Part shown: positions 18,511 through 29,712 of the stretch, piece by piece
Numbering within the stretch: position 1 is the first letter of the stretch
How the letters are laid out: each line of letters opens with the position of its first letter
Source: Chloroflexota bacterium
GTDB taxonomy: Bacteria; Chloroflexota; Dehalococcoidia; UBA2979
Assembly (NCBI GenBank): GCA_027622315.1
Contig: JAQBZW010000002.1
Coordinates: 1-54,991 of the forward strand
Direction of reading: 5' to 3'
DNA length: 54,991 nucleotides
Notes under the pieces: generated by a model
Told to the model about the DNA's origin: nothing
The model's input: the letters and a program-made list of their open reading frames with translations, nothing else
Databases searched by the model: none
Program-made: the position numbers and the translations under genes

Positions 18511-21027
18511 ATGGCTCGAACGAAGACCCGCCGCCCGCGCGCGACACGCGCGCGCTCCGTTCGCGGGTTTCCTGACCTCCATACATTCTGGCGCGCCATG
18601 ACGCGCCCGGAGCTTGTCGGGACGCTGCTGGTCGTCGTCGCCGTCGCGGCGATTGCCTACCTCGTGCCTCCGCTCGCGCGACTGCTTCCGGAAGCGCGCG
18701 ACCGCAGCGTGGAAGCGCTCGGATTGCACGCCTTCACGACGGCGGTGATCGTCGCGGCGATTGGGCTGGTGCTTGCGGCGCGCCGTCAGCACTGGCTGGT
18801 CCGCCACCGCCGCCACCTCGCCGGATTGGCCGCGGCGCTCGTCTTCCTCGCCGGCATCCTCGGCCGCTGGTATCCGATCACCCGTGTGGGCGGCGTGGAC
18901 CTCAGCGTCCACTCCGCCGGCGGCGACGCCGCCCGCCTGCTGACGACCGGCGGCGTCGGACCGCTGGTCTGGATCGCCGCGTTCCTCGCGGCGTTCGCGT
19001 TGCTCTGGCCACGCACCACCGCCCGCCTCGCGCGAGCGACGCCCGGTCGTGTGGGTTACGCGCTCGCGTGGCTGTGGGCCCTCGGGCTGCATCGGTCCCT
19101 GGGTCGAGGCCTCCTCGCCGGCGGCCGCGGCGCGGGACGGCTGATCGCCCGCTCGCGGGGCGAGCGTGAGCACAGACCCACAATCGAGGACGAGATCGAG
19201 GCGATGCTCGCCGGTCAGGCCGCGCCCGCGTCGGCGGAGCCGCCGCCCGAGATCGCGCCGGCGGTCGCAATCACCGAACCCGAGTCGGACATCGAGCACG
19301 CCGCCGAGCCGGCGACGTCGGGACGCGGCCGTCGCCGCAAAGCGTCGCAGCTGCCGATGGATCTCGAGACGCCCGCCGGCGCCCTCCGCCACTCCGCGGA
19401 CGGCTGGCAGATCCCGCCGATCAACATCCTGAAGTTGATCCCGCCCGGCAAGGGCAGTGCCGTGGACAACGCGCGTCGCGCGAAGCTGATCACGGAGACG
19501 CTGGCCTCGTTCGGCGTCGACGCTTCCGTAGTCCAGGTCAACGAAGGCCCCACCGTCACCCAGTTCGGCGTCGAGCCAGGCTGGGACGTCAAGACGCGCA
19601 CCGTCGTCGAGCGCGACGCAGCCGGGCAGGCGATCCTCGGCGACGACGGCCAGCCGCGCACGAAGGAGATCGAGGTCTCCCGCACGCGCATTCGCGTGAA
19701 CCGCATCACGGCGCTGCAGAACGACCTCGCACTGGCGCTCGCGACCCCGGCCCTGCGCATCGAAGCCCCGGTACCGGGCAAGCCGATGGTCGGCATCGAG
19801 GTGCCGAACCAGACCACGGCCCTCGTTCCGCTGCGGAGCGTGATGGAGTCGGTCGACTACTCGAAGGCGCTGAAGTCGGGCGGCATTCCGATCGCGCTCG
19901 GTGCGGGTGTCTCCGGCGACCCTGTGGTCGCCGATCTCGCGACGATGCCGCACCTGCTGATCGCCGGGGCGACCGGCTCCGGCAAGTCCGTGTGCCTGAA
20001 CGCGCTGATCACATGCCTGCTCATGAATTTCTCTCCCGAAGAGCTGCGACTCGTGATGATCGACCCGAAGCGCGTGGAGCTCACGGGCTTCGCGAACATC
20101 CCGCACCTCGCCTTCTCCGAGATCGTGGTCGAGATGGATCAGGTGGTGGGCACGCTCCAGGCCGTGATCAACGAGATGGAGTCGCGCTATCGCCGCTTTG
20201 CCAAGGCAGGCGTGCGCAACATCAAGCGCTACAACGAGACGACGACCGAGGGGAAACTGCCCTTCTGGGTTGTGATCATCGACGAGCTCGCCGACCTCAT
20301 GCTCGTCGCCCCGTACCAGGTAGAGAACCAGCTCGTGCGACTCGCGCAGCTCGCGCGCGCGACCGGCATCCACCTCGTCGTGGCCACGCAGCGACCGTCC
20401 GTGGACGTGATTACCGGCCTGATCAAGGCGAACTTCCCGACGCGCATCGCCTTCGCCGTGTCGTCGATGGTCGACTCCCGCACCATCCTGGACCACGGCG
20501 GAGCGGAGAAACTGCTCGGCAAGGGCGACATGCTGTACGTCCCGCCGGATGCTCAGAAGCCCCGCCGAGTGCAGGGCGCCTTCGTGGCCGATCAGGAGAT
20601 CGACGAACTCGTCAAGTTCTGGTCTTCCGACCGTTTCGCCGAGCTGGTACCGGAGAAGTTCGACGAACTGCTGGAAGAGGCGCAGCGCGAGGTCGCCGAG
20701 CTGTCAGAGCACGCGTCCGCGCCGGGGGACGACCCTATGGTCTCCCGCGCGATCGAGGTTGCACGCGAGCACCAGTCGATCTCGACTTCGCTGCTCCAGC
20801 GCAAGCTCCGCATCGGCTACCCGCGCGCCGCGCGGCTGATGGACGAGCTCGAAGAACGTGGCTATGTCGGATCGCAGGGGCCGGGCGGCGGCTCGCGCGA
20901 GGTGCTGATGGCGAGCGAGCCGGGCGCCGAGCCCGAGTCGCTGGCCGCAGCCGCGGCGAGCTTCGAGCCACCGTCCCCGTCCGGTGGCCGTCCCCCGAGC
21001 TTCCCGCGCGCCTTCGACTCTGACTGA
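18511..21027 (+). CDS. ftsK: DNA translocase FtsK/SpoIIIE
   Basis: 838 aa. It has N-terminal TM segments, a motor domain (AGATGSGKSVCLNALI, VIIDELADLM, VATQRPSVDVITG) and a C-terminal winged-helix gamma domain (SISTSLLQRKLRIGYPRAARLMDELE). Confidence 0.92.
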   Translation: MARTKTRRPRATRARSVRGFPDLHTFWRAMTRPELVGTLLVVVAVAAIAYLVPPLARLLPEARDRSVEALGLHAFTTAVIVAAIGLVLAARRQHWLVRHRRHLAGLAAALVFLAGILGRWYPITRVGGVDLSVHSAGGDAARLLTTGGVGPLVWIAAFLAAFALLWPRTTARLARATPGRVGYALAWLWALGLHRSLGRGLLAGGRGAGRLIARSRGEREHRPTIEDEIEAMLAGQAAPASAEPPPEIAPAVAITEPESDIEHAAEPATSGRGRRRKASQLPMDLETPAGALRHSADGWQIPPINILKLIPPGKGSAVDNARRAKLITETLASFGVDASVVQVNEGPTVTQFGVEPGWDVKTRTVVERDAAGQAILGDDGQPRTKEIEVSRTRIRVNRITALQNDLALALATPALRIEAPVPGKPMVGIEVPNQTTALVPLRSVMESVDYSKALKSGGIPIALGAGVSGDPVVADLATMPHLLIAGATGSGKSVCLNALITCLLMNFSPEELRLVMIDPKRVELTGFANIPHLAFSEIVVEMDQVVGTLQAVINEMESRYRRFAKAGVRNIKRYNETTTEGKLPFWVVIIDELADLMLVAPYQVENQLVRLAQLARATGIHLVVATQRPSVDVITGLIKANFPTRIAFAVSSMVDSRTILDHGGAEKLLGKGDMLYVPPDAQKPRRVQGAFVADQEIDELVKFWSSDRFAELVPEKFDELLEEAQREVAELSEHASAPGDDPMVSRAIEVAREHQSISTSLLQRKLRIGYPRAARLMDELEERGYVGSQGPGGGSREVLMASEPGAEPESLAAAAASFEPPSPSGGRPPSFPRAFDSD

Positions 21028-21531
21028 CGGGCGAACGCGGCCCGCGGTGCACCGTCACGGCGGGCCCGGGATGCCGCCCGCAGCCGCGCTGCCCGCTTTC
21101 GCGGATACCGCGTGCGCATGGCGATTTCAGTCGCCTGATCACCACGCGGTGCCCCGCGCCGCTTGTTCGGGTGAGCACATGCGAGTGATCGCGCGAGCGG
21201 CGCGATCTGAGTCACACGTCGGGGGCGCCGTGCGCGCCTGCGCATGGTCGCTCTCGGGGTTTGCGCCCCGACGCATACTGAAAGTGTGAATCGAAACACT
21301 GACACCGGGAGGGAGGTACTCCGCCCTTGCAGCAGTCAGATGACTCGGATGGTTCGTCCTTGCTCTCTTGGCGCGCGGCGAACCTCATCACCTCCGCGGG
21401 TGACCCGAACGGACAAGCGCGCACGCATCGGCTGATACACGTCGATGACAGGGGTCAAACGAACCCCGTCCGCGGAGCAGGGCAGACCGGACTTACCGGC
21501 GTTCTTCCGACACCAGAGAGCAAGTGCGACA

Positions 21532-21559
21532 GAACCCCGGGGCGCTCGCCCCGGGGTTC
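21532..21559. terminator. Perfect 11-bp GC hairpin 27 nt downstream of the uvrB stop (candidate uvrB terminator, possibly bidirectional)
   Basis: gaaccccgggg (21532-21542), a 6-nt loop, then ccccggggttc (21549-21559). There is no clear U-tract. Confidence 0.5.
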
Positions 21560-21585
21560 GTCGTTCATGTGCCGCGTGCGGCCAG

Positions 21586-23685
<2,100 letters not shown>

Positions 23686-23751
23686 GTCAATCCCCCGTCG
23701 CGCGATCAAGTGTAACGAGAGAGCTGCCCCGCCCGGCGTCGCCCGGGGGCG

Positions 23752-24576
23752 CTAGGCCGGTGGATCCGACGGCATGGCGGCGGGCTGCTCTTCGTCCACG
23801 ACGACGCGGTTCTTACCCGACCGCTTGGCGACGTAGAGGGCCCGGTCCGCGCGCCCGATCAGGTCGCCCACCGCGAGTGCCTCGGACAGCGGCACGGACG
23901 CGACGCCGGCAGAGACGGTGATCTGCGCGACGTCGTCCGGTTGCCCTCCGGGCAGCCGGAACGGGTGCTCCGCAATCGCCTCGCGGAGCTTCTCCGCGAC
24001 GGCTTGCGCCTGCTCGCTCGTGGTCTCGGGCAGCAGCAGCACGATCTCCTCGCCGCCGTAACGCGCGACGACATCCGAGTCGCGCAGGTTCTCGGTGACG
24101 ATGCGTGTGGTCTCGGCGAGCACGAAGTCGCCGAAGGGGTGCCCCCAGCGGTCGTTCATGTCCTTGAATCCGTCCAGGTCGAACATCACGACTGCGAGCG
24201 AGCGTCCGTAGCGCTGCGAGCGGCGGAGCTCAGCAGCGAAGCGGTCGAAGAAGGCGCGCCGGTTGAGGATGCCCGTGAGCGGGTCCGTCGTCGCGAGATG
24301 CTCCAGCTGGGCGGTCGCCTCCCGCAGTGCGGCGGACGTCTGTACGAGGCGTCGCTCGCGCAGCACGGAGTCGTGGCCGTTCAGCAGCAGCTGAACGAGC
24401 AGACCGACCGCGAGCGCGAGGCCGGCCAGCGCCCACGCGCCGAGGGGGACCGCGACGAAGGTCCGGCCCCATTCCGCGCCGTCGGACGCACCAGAGAGCG
24501 GCAGTGCGACCGCAAGCCCGATTGCGACCGCGGCACCGACGAACGTGGGCCAGCGGAACGGCGAGAGGTCGATCAT
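23752..24576 (-). CDS. Membrane-anchored diguanylate cyclase (GGDEF domain, GGEEI active-site variant, RxxD I-site present)
   Basis: MIDLSPFRWPTFVGAAVAIGL... gives two TM segments and a coiled linker. Then come DPLTGILNRRAF, FDLDGFKDMNDRWGHPFGD and RDSDVVARYGGEEIVLLLPET. The ATG at 24576 overlaps the ruvA TGA (ATGA). The longer track ORF reaching 24888 is an out-of-frame read of ruvA. Confidence 0.88.
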   Translation of the reverse strand: MIDLSPFRWPTFVGAAVAIGLAVALPLSGASDGAEWGRTFVAVPLGAWALAGLALAVGLLVQLLLNGHDSVLRERRLVQTSAALREATAQLEHLATTDPLTGILNRRAFFDRFAAELRRSQRYGRSLAVVMFDLDGFKDMNDRWGHPFGDFVLAETTRIVTENLRDSDVVARYGGEEIVLLLPETTSEQAQAVAEKLREAIAEHPFRLPGGQPDDVAQITVSAGVASVPLSEALAVGDLIGRADRALYVAKRSGKNRVVVDEEQPAAMPSDPPA

Positions 24577-25202
24577 GCCGGTGCCTGCCGCTCGAGCACG
24601 ACCCGCAGCAACTCCTCCAGCGAGACGATCTCGGGACGTGCCCGGAGCGCTTCGACGACCGCCTGATCGGCCTCGCGCGCGGTGTACTGGAGCGCGGTGA
24701 GCGCCGACACGGCGTCCTCCCGCAGATCCGGCGCTCCGGGGGCGGCCGGGGCGCCGAGCGCGCCCGGAGCGCGCAGCAGCGCCTCCTGCAGCAGCTTCCC
24801 GCTCAATGTCGCCACGATCGTCTGCGAGAGCCGGACGCCGATCCCGGGCAGCTGCTGCAGCGCCTTCACGTCCTGCCCTTCGATCCACCGTGCGATCTCC
24901 GACACCGGCCGGGTGAGAGCGCGCACGGCCTTCGTCGGACCGACGTCCGGGACCTCGATGAACTTGCGGAAGAACTCACGCTCCACCTGGTGTTGAAAGC
25001 CGATCAGCACGGGCGTCGGATTGCGCTCGGAGACGTGGTAGTAGGTGTGGAGGTGTACTTCGTCGCCGTGCCGACGCGATCCCATCCAGTCGCTCGCGAA
25101 CGCGGGAATCAGCACTTCGTACGTGACGCCGTGCACGTCGATCCAGCTCGTGGACGACGCCTCGTCCCAGCGCGTGAGCACGCCCCGCAGCCCGGTGATC
25201 AT
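24573..25202 (-). CDS. ruvA: Holliday junction branch migration complex subunit RuvA
   Basis: MITGLRGVL...GVTYEVLIP, HhH motifs (LQQLPGIGVRLSQTIV) and a C-terminal domain III. 209 aa. Confidence 0.9.
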   Translation of the reverse strand: MITGLRGVLTRWDEASSTSWIDVHGVTYEVLIPAFASDWMGSRRHGDEVHLHTYYHVSERNPTPVLIGFQHQVEREFFRKFIEVPDVGPTKAVRALTRPVSEIARWIEGQDVKALQQLPGIGVRLSQTIVATLSGKLLQEALLRAPGALGAPAAPGAPDLREDAVSALTALQYTAREADQAVVEALRARPEIVSLEELLRVVLERQAPA

Positions 25203-25708
25203 CGGCGGGCGATCGCGTCTTCGAGGCGCGCGTCGGCCAACCGTGTGAGCGCGATCGCGAGCGCGTCCGAGACGTCGAGCGGGTGCGGCCGCTCGGCGAG
25301 CGCGAGGTGGATCATCACCATCTGCGCGACCTGTTCCTTGGGCGCTCCCCCGTGCCCGGTCACCGACTCCTTGATCGCCGTCGGCAGGAACTCGAACACC
25401 GGAATGCCCGCGCAGGCCGCGGCGATCATCGCCGCCGCGCGCGCCTCCCCGATCGCCATTGCGGAGCGGACGTTCTCGGCGACGAACTGCTGCTCGATCG
25501 CGAGCTCGCCGGGCGCGTGTTCGCGAATCAGTGCGGCGACGCCGTCGTGGATCAGGCGCAGCCGTTGGGCGCGATCCTCGCGCGGTCGCGTGCGAATCAC
25601 GCCGCTGGCCACGAGCCGCGCGCTCTGCCCGTGGGCATCGATCACGCCGTAGCCGGTAATGGCGAGACCGGGATCCACCCCGAGGATGCGGCGGGGAGCG
25701 ATCGTCAT
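25199..25708 (-). CDS. ruvC: Crossover junction endodeoxyribonuclease RuvC
   Basis: RILGVDPGLAITGYGVID..., EQQFVAENVRSAMAIGEARA, SDALAIAL. The ATG at 25708 is preferred. It overlaps the ruvA start by 4 nt. Confidence 0.9.
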   Translation of the reverse strand: MTIAPRRILGVDPGLAITGYGVIDAHGQSARLVASGVIRTRPREDRAQRLRLIHDGVAALIREHAPGELAIEQQFVAENVRSAMAIGEARAAAMIAAACAGIPVFEFLPTAIKESVTGHGGAPKEQVAQMVMIHLALAERPHPLDVSDALAIALTRLADARLEDAIARR

Positions 25709-25760
25709 GTGCCCTCCGCGAGTGACCGGCCCACGAACAATGCCCTGGATCGCATGCGCA

Positions 25761-26516
25761 CTAGGCCGAGGCGGCGGCCTCCAGCACCTCGTCCGGGAAC
25801 TCGGCGTTGGAGTACACGCGGGACACATCGTCGAGGTCGTCGAGCCGCTCGAGCATCTTCAGCGCGGCGATCGCCGCCTTCTCGTCGAGCGGTACGAGGT
25901 TCTGTGGGATGCGCGACAGCTCCGCCTTCTCGACCGCGAGCCCCGCCGCCGTCAGCGCGGCGCGCACCATTTCCGCGTCGCCGGGCTCTGTGATCACTTC
26001 GACCACCGCACCGTCATCCGACACGTCGACATCGAGCGCGCCAGCCTCGATGGCGGCCAGCTGGACGGCGTCGGGGTCGGCGTCGGCCGCGTCCACGGTC
26101 ACAATGCCGCGCAGATCGAACTGCCAGGCGACCGCGCCGTTCTCGGCGAGATTCCCGCCGGCGCGCGAGAACGCGAGCCGCAGGTCGGCCACGGTGCGAT
26201 TGCGGTTGTCGGTCACGACTTCGACGATCACTGCGGTGCCGCCCGGCCCGTAGCCTTCGTAGATCACCTCTTCGAGGCGGTCGGCGTCGCCCCCTCCGGC
26301 AGCGCGCTGGACCGCACGATCGATGTTCGTGTTGGGAACGTTCCCGTCCTTGGCGCGCTGGATCGCGAGCCGCAGAGGCGCGTTCGAGAGCGGATCCGGG
26401 TTCCCGCGCGCCGCGATCGTGATCTCACGCGCGAGCTTCGTGAAGAGCTGCGCACGCTTCGCGTCCGTCGCAGCCTTCTTGTGCTTGATCGACGACCATT
26501 TTGAGTGACCAGACAC
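25761..26516 (-). CDS. yebC: YebC/PmpR family DNA-binding transcriptional regulator
   Basis: MSGHSKWSSIKHKKAATDAKRAQLFTKLAREI... 251 aa. Confidence 0.92.
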   Translation of the reverse strand: MSGHSKWSSIKHKKAATDAKRAQLFTKLAREITIAARGNPDPLSNAPLRLAIQRAKDGNVPNTNIDRAVQRAAGGGDADRLEEVIYEGYGPGGTAVIVEVVTDNRNRTVADLRLAFSRAGGNLAENGAVAWQFDLRGIVTVDAADADPDAVQLAAIEAGALDVDVSDDGAVVEVITEPGDAEMVRAALTAAGLAVEKAELSRIPQNLVPLDEKAAIAALKMLERLDDLDDVSRVYSNAEFPDEVLEAAASA

Positions 26517-26653
26517 GTCACACCCCGAAGCAATACACCGGAACCGCCTGACAACGCGCCAATGCTAACAGCCGAGCCTTTCGCTGTCCGCGCGCACCCC
26601 GTAGCACCGCGAAGCGTGGCTCGCCCGGGAGGTGTGCCGCCAGCGCGTTGAGA

Positions 26654-27493
26654 TCAGGGGGTAAGGACAGCGTTGTCGATTAAGCGGGTGCGGCCGAAGC
26701 GGACGGCCATCGACAGCAATGCGGGCGCGACAATCTCGCCGTCGAGTTCGGCGAGCATGTCGGCGTCGGCGAGCGAGACGTAGTCGATGCGTGCAAGCGG
26801 TTGCGCGGCGACCTCGCGCTCGACGATGCCGCGGAGCCGCGGAGCGTTCCGCACGCCCTCGGTGAAGGCTGCGGCGGTCTGCCGCAGCCCCCGCGACAGC
26901 GAGAGCGCCTGCATGCGCTCTTCGGGCGAGAGATAGACGTTGCGGGACGAGAGCGCGAGCCCGTCCGGCTCACGCACCGTCGGGCAGGCCACGATCGTGA
27001 CCGGCATGTCGAGATCTCTGACCATGCTCCGGATCACGAGTAGCTGCTGCGCATCCTTCTGACCGAAGTACGCGCGGTCGGGCTGCATGATGTGGAAGAG
27101 CTTGCTCACGACCGTCGCCACGCCGTCGAAGTGCCCCGGCCGGTGTGCCCCCTCGAGCACAGAGGTGATGCCGCCGACGGTCACGGTCGTGGTAGCGCCG
27201 GCCGGGTACATCTCATGCACCGTCGGCATGAACACCAGGTCCGCACCGGCCGCTTCACACATGGCGAGATCCCGCACTTCGTCGCGTGGATAGCGCTCGA
27301 AGTCCTCGCCGGGCCCGAACTGCGTTGGGTTCACGAAGATCGAGATCGCCAGGCTCTGGCACTCCGCGCGCGCGTGATCCATGAGCGTGCGGTGACCGGC
27401 GTGCAAAAACCCCATGGTCGGGACGAAGCCACACGTAGCCGGCAAGTCGGCACGCGCAGCACGCGCCTCGGCGATGGTGTGCGCGATCCTCAT
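26654..27493 (-). CDS. panC: Pantoate--beta-alanine ligase
   Basis: FVPTMGFLHAGHRTLM, FVNPTQFGPGEDFERYPR, FGQKDAQQL. 279 aa. Confidence 0.92.
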   Translation of the reverse strand: MRIAHTIAEARAARADLPATCGFVPTMGFLHAGHRTLMDHARAECQSLAISIFVNPTQFGPGEDFERYPRDEVRDLAMCEAAGADLVFMPTVHEMYPAGATTTVTVGGITSVLEGAHRPGHFDGVATVVSKLFHIMQPDRAYFGQKDAQQLLVIRSMVRDLDMPVTIVACPTVREPDGLALSSRNVYLSPEERMQALSLSRGLRQTAAAFTEGVRNAPRLRGIVEREVAAQPLARIDYVSLADADMLAELDGEIVAPALLSMAVRFGRTRLIDNAVLTP

Positions 27494-27515
27494 TGCTGTG
27501 CTCGGCGCGGCGCGG

Positions 27516-28445
27516 TCAGGCAGGTCCGCCCGCGTTCGGGCGGCTGATGTCTTCCGCGAGCTCTGCCATCACGCGCTCAGCCTCGCTCATGTCCTCGGCA
27601 TCCGAAGCCGTCATGCGCCTGATCAGCTCGAGCGCGCGGTCGTCCATGTAGAACGACTCCTTGCGCGTCGGGAACTCGCCGCTCTCGACGAGCCGGCGGT
27701 AATCGCCGAGCGCCTGACGGATCACGGCTCCGACATCGGCGAAACGGCGGGCGTGCTTCGGGGTCAGCGCATCGTAGAGGCCAAGCATGTCGTGCCAGAC
27801 CTGCACCTGACCGCTGCAGAACGGGCCGGCGCCGATGCCAATGGTGGGGACGTTCACGCGCTGCGTGATCATGTGTGCGAGCGCCGTGGGCACCGTCTCC
27901 AGCACGATTGCGTACGCTCCGGCGGACTCGAGCGCCTTCGCGTCCTGGATCAGGTGCACCGCCTCGCGCGGCGTGCGTCCCTGCACCTTGAAGCCACCCA
28001 GCGTGTTCACGGACTGGGGCGTGAGCCCAATGTGCCCCATCACCGGGACGCCTGCCTCGACCAGTCGCATCACCGTCTCCGCCGAGCGCTGCCCGCCCTC
28101 GAGCTTGACCGAGCTGCAGCCCGTCTCTTGCATGATGCGGATCGCGTTTCGCAGCGCGTCCTGCCAGCCCGTCTGGTACGAGCCGAACGGCATGTCGACG
28201 ACGATGTGCGCGTTCTGGGCGCCACGCACCACGGCTTTGCCGTGGTGGATCATCTCTTCGATCGTGACCGGCACCGTCGAGTCGTAGCCGAGCACGACCA
28301 TGCCCAGCGTGTCGCCGACGAGGATCATGGGGATCCCGGCTTCGTCGGCGAGCTTGGCCGTGGGGTAGTCGTACGCGGTGACCATCGCGATGCGCTCACC
28401 GCGATCACGCATGCGCTTGAGATCCGTCACAGTGACGCGGTTCAT
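27516..28445 (-). CDS. panB: 3-methyl-2-oxobutanoate hydroxymethyltransferase, with an acidic C-terminal extension of about 45 aa
   Basis: VTVTDLKRMRDRGERIAMVTAYDYPTAKLADEAGIPMILVGDTLGMVVLGY, VKLEGG, GHIGLTPQS. The ATG at 28445 is preferred. The upstream part of the track ORF (to 28838) is an out-of-frame read of the neighbouring gene. Confidence 0.9.
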   Translation of the reverse strand: MNRVTVTDLKRMRDRGERIAMVTAYDYPTAKLADEAGIPMILVGDTLGMVVLGYDSTVPVTIEEMIHHGKAVVRGAQNAHIVVDMPFGSYQTGWQDALRNAIRIMQETGCSSVKLEGGQRSAETVMRLVEAGVPVMGHIGLTPQSVNTLGGFKVQGRTPREAVHLIQDAKALESAGAYAIVLETVPTALAHMITQRVNVPTIGIGAGPFCSGQVQVWHDMLGLYDALTPKHARRFADVGAVIRQALGDYRRLVESGEFPTRKESFYMDDRALELIRRMTASDAEDMSEAERVMAELAEDISRPNAGGPA

Positions 28446-28564
28446 CGCACCCTCCGTCTCGGTCTCTCGATCCAAGCGGATAACGGGGAAGTTGGACCGC
28501 ACTCTCGCCGGCTCGGACGCTGCATACACAGTCGCACCACCAACGAACGATCCTGCTGGGCGCC

Positions 28565-28592
28565 AGTATAGATTCGACCGAAGGCCTGTCAA
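28565..28592 (-). promoter_or_regulatory. Near-consensus sigma-70-type promoter for panBC
   Basis: The minus strand reads TTGACA (28592-28587), a 16-nt spacer, then TATACT (28570-28565). This predicts a leader of about 110 nt before the panB ATG. Confidence 0.6.
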
Positions 28593-28644
28593 CGAAATGC
28601 GCGATGGAGCAAGCGCCCACGCGACAGCCGCGCGGGCGAGGCGA

Positions 28645-29685
28645 TCAGGCGCGTCCGCGCCCGCGTCGACGCGCCGGCCACTCACCCACGGAGGGGACGC
28701 CCGCGAGCCCCGTCGCCAGCCGCACGCCACGCACGATGGCGCGCTCGACCGCGCGCGTCGCCATCGCCTCGAGCGCCGAATAGCCGCCGGCCTCGAGTGC
28801 GTATTCGCCCGTCGCGACCGTGAACACCACGTCGCCATCGCCGCTCGTGTGCACCGGCCAGATCGCGCGCGCGAGGCCGTCGTGGGCGACGGTCGCGAGG
28901 CGGTTCGCTTCCGTCTTTGTCAGCTTCGCGTTCGTGGCGACGACCGCAAGCGTGGTGTGCTCACCGGCCGCGCCCGCAGGCGCGGCGGCATCCCGACGCG
29001 TCTCCGCGCCGGGCTCGACCCACGGCCGGCCGGTGCGATAGATCGCGGTCGCATCGAGGAAGCCGGCGCGGTCTGCGCGCGGCGCCGCGATCACCTCGCC
29101 GTTGTCGGGATCGCGCACGGTGCCGACCGCGTTCACGACGGCGATCGCCGCGACGATGGCGCCCGTGTCCAGCCGCTCGCTCGCCGTGCCGACACCGCCC
29201 TTGAGCGCGCGCTCGCGGCCGGCGAACTTTGCCACGGTCGCGCCCGTGCCCGCCCCGACCGTGCCCTGCGCCACGGCGCCGCCGGTCGCGCGAGCGGTGG
29301 CACGGTAGCCGGCGTCTGCGTCGGGATGGCGCGACAGTCCGATGCCCAGGTCGAAGATGATCGCCGCCGGCACGATCGGGACGACGATGTCGCGCATCCG
29401 GAAGCCGATCTCGCGCTCGGCGAGGTACCGCATCACGCCCGTCGCGGCCTCCAGCCCAAAGGCGGACCCGCCGCCGAGGACGATCGCGTGGATCTGTTCG
29501 ACGAACGTTCCTGGCCGCAGGAGGTCGGTTTCGCGCGTGCCCGGCGCGGCGCCACGCACGTCGACACCCCCCACCGAGCCGGGCGGGCAGAGGATGACCG
29601 TGCAGCCGGTGGCGCCGCGGCGGTCCGACCAGTGGCCGACGCGAATCCCGCGGACGTCTGTGAGCGCATCGCGATGGACGGGCAT
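28645..29685 (-). CDS. Peptidase family S58 / DmpA-like (P1 family) aminopeptidase
   Basis: ALTDVRGIRVGHWSD..GATGCTVIL, VDVRGAAPGTRETDLL, GEHTTLAVVATNAKLTKTEANRLA. 346 aa. Confidence 0.82.
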   Translation of the reverse strand: MPVHRDALTDVRGIRVGHWSDRRGATGCTVILCPPGSVGGVDVRGAAPGTRETDLLRPGTFVEQIHAIVLGGGSAFGLEAATGVMRYLAEREIGFRMRDIVVPIVPAAIIFDLGIGLSRHPDADAGYRATARATGGAVAQGTVGAGTGATVAKFAGRERALKGGVGTASERLDTGAIVAAIAVVNAVGTVRDPDNGEVIAAPRADRAGFLDATAIYRTGRPWVEPGAETRRDAAAPAGAAGEHTTLAVVATNAKLTKTEANRLATVAHDGLARAIWPVHTSGDGDVVFTVATGEYALEAGGYSALEAMATRAVERAIVRGVRLATGLAGVPSVGEWPARRRGRGRA

Positions 29686-29712
29686 GGGAGCGTCGGCGCC
29701 GCCCGTGAGGGG

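Noticed and set aside
18211-20496. 761-aa ORF on the minus strand, one of the longest ORFs in the track
   Set aside because: It is entirely antisense to the well-supported ftsK gene. Its translation is Arg/Gly/Asp/His-rich low-complexity sequence with no recognisable motif. It is a typical stop-free shadow frame in about 70% GC DNA.
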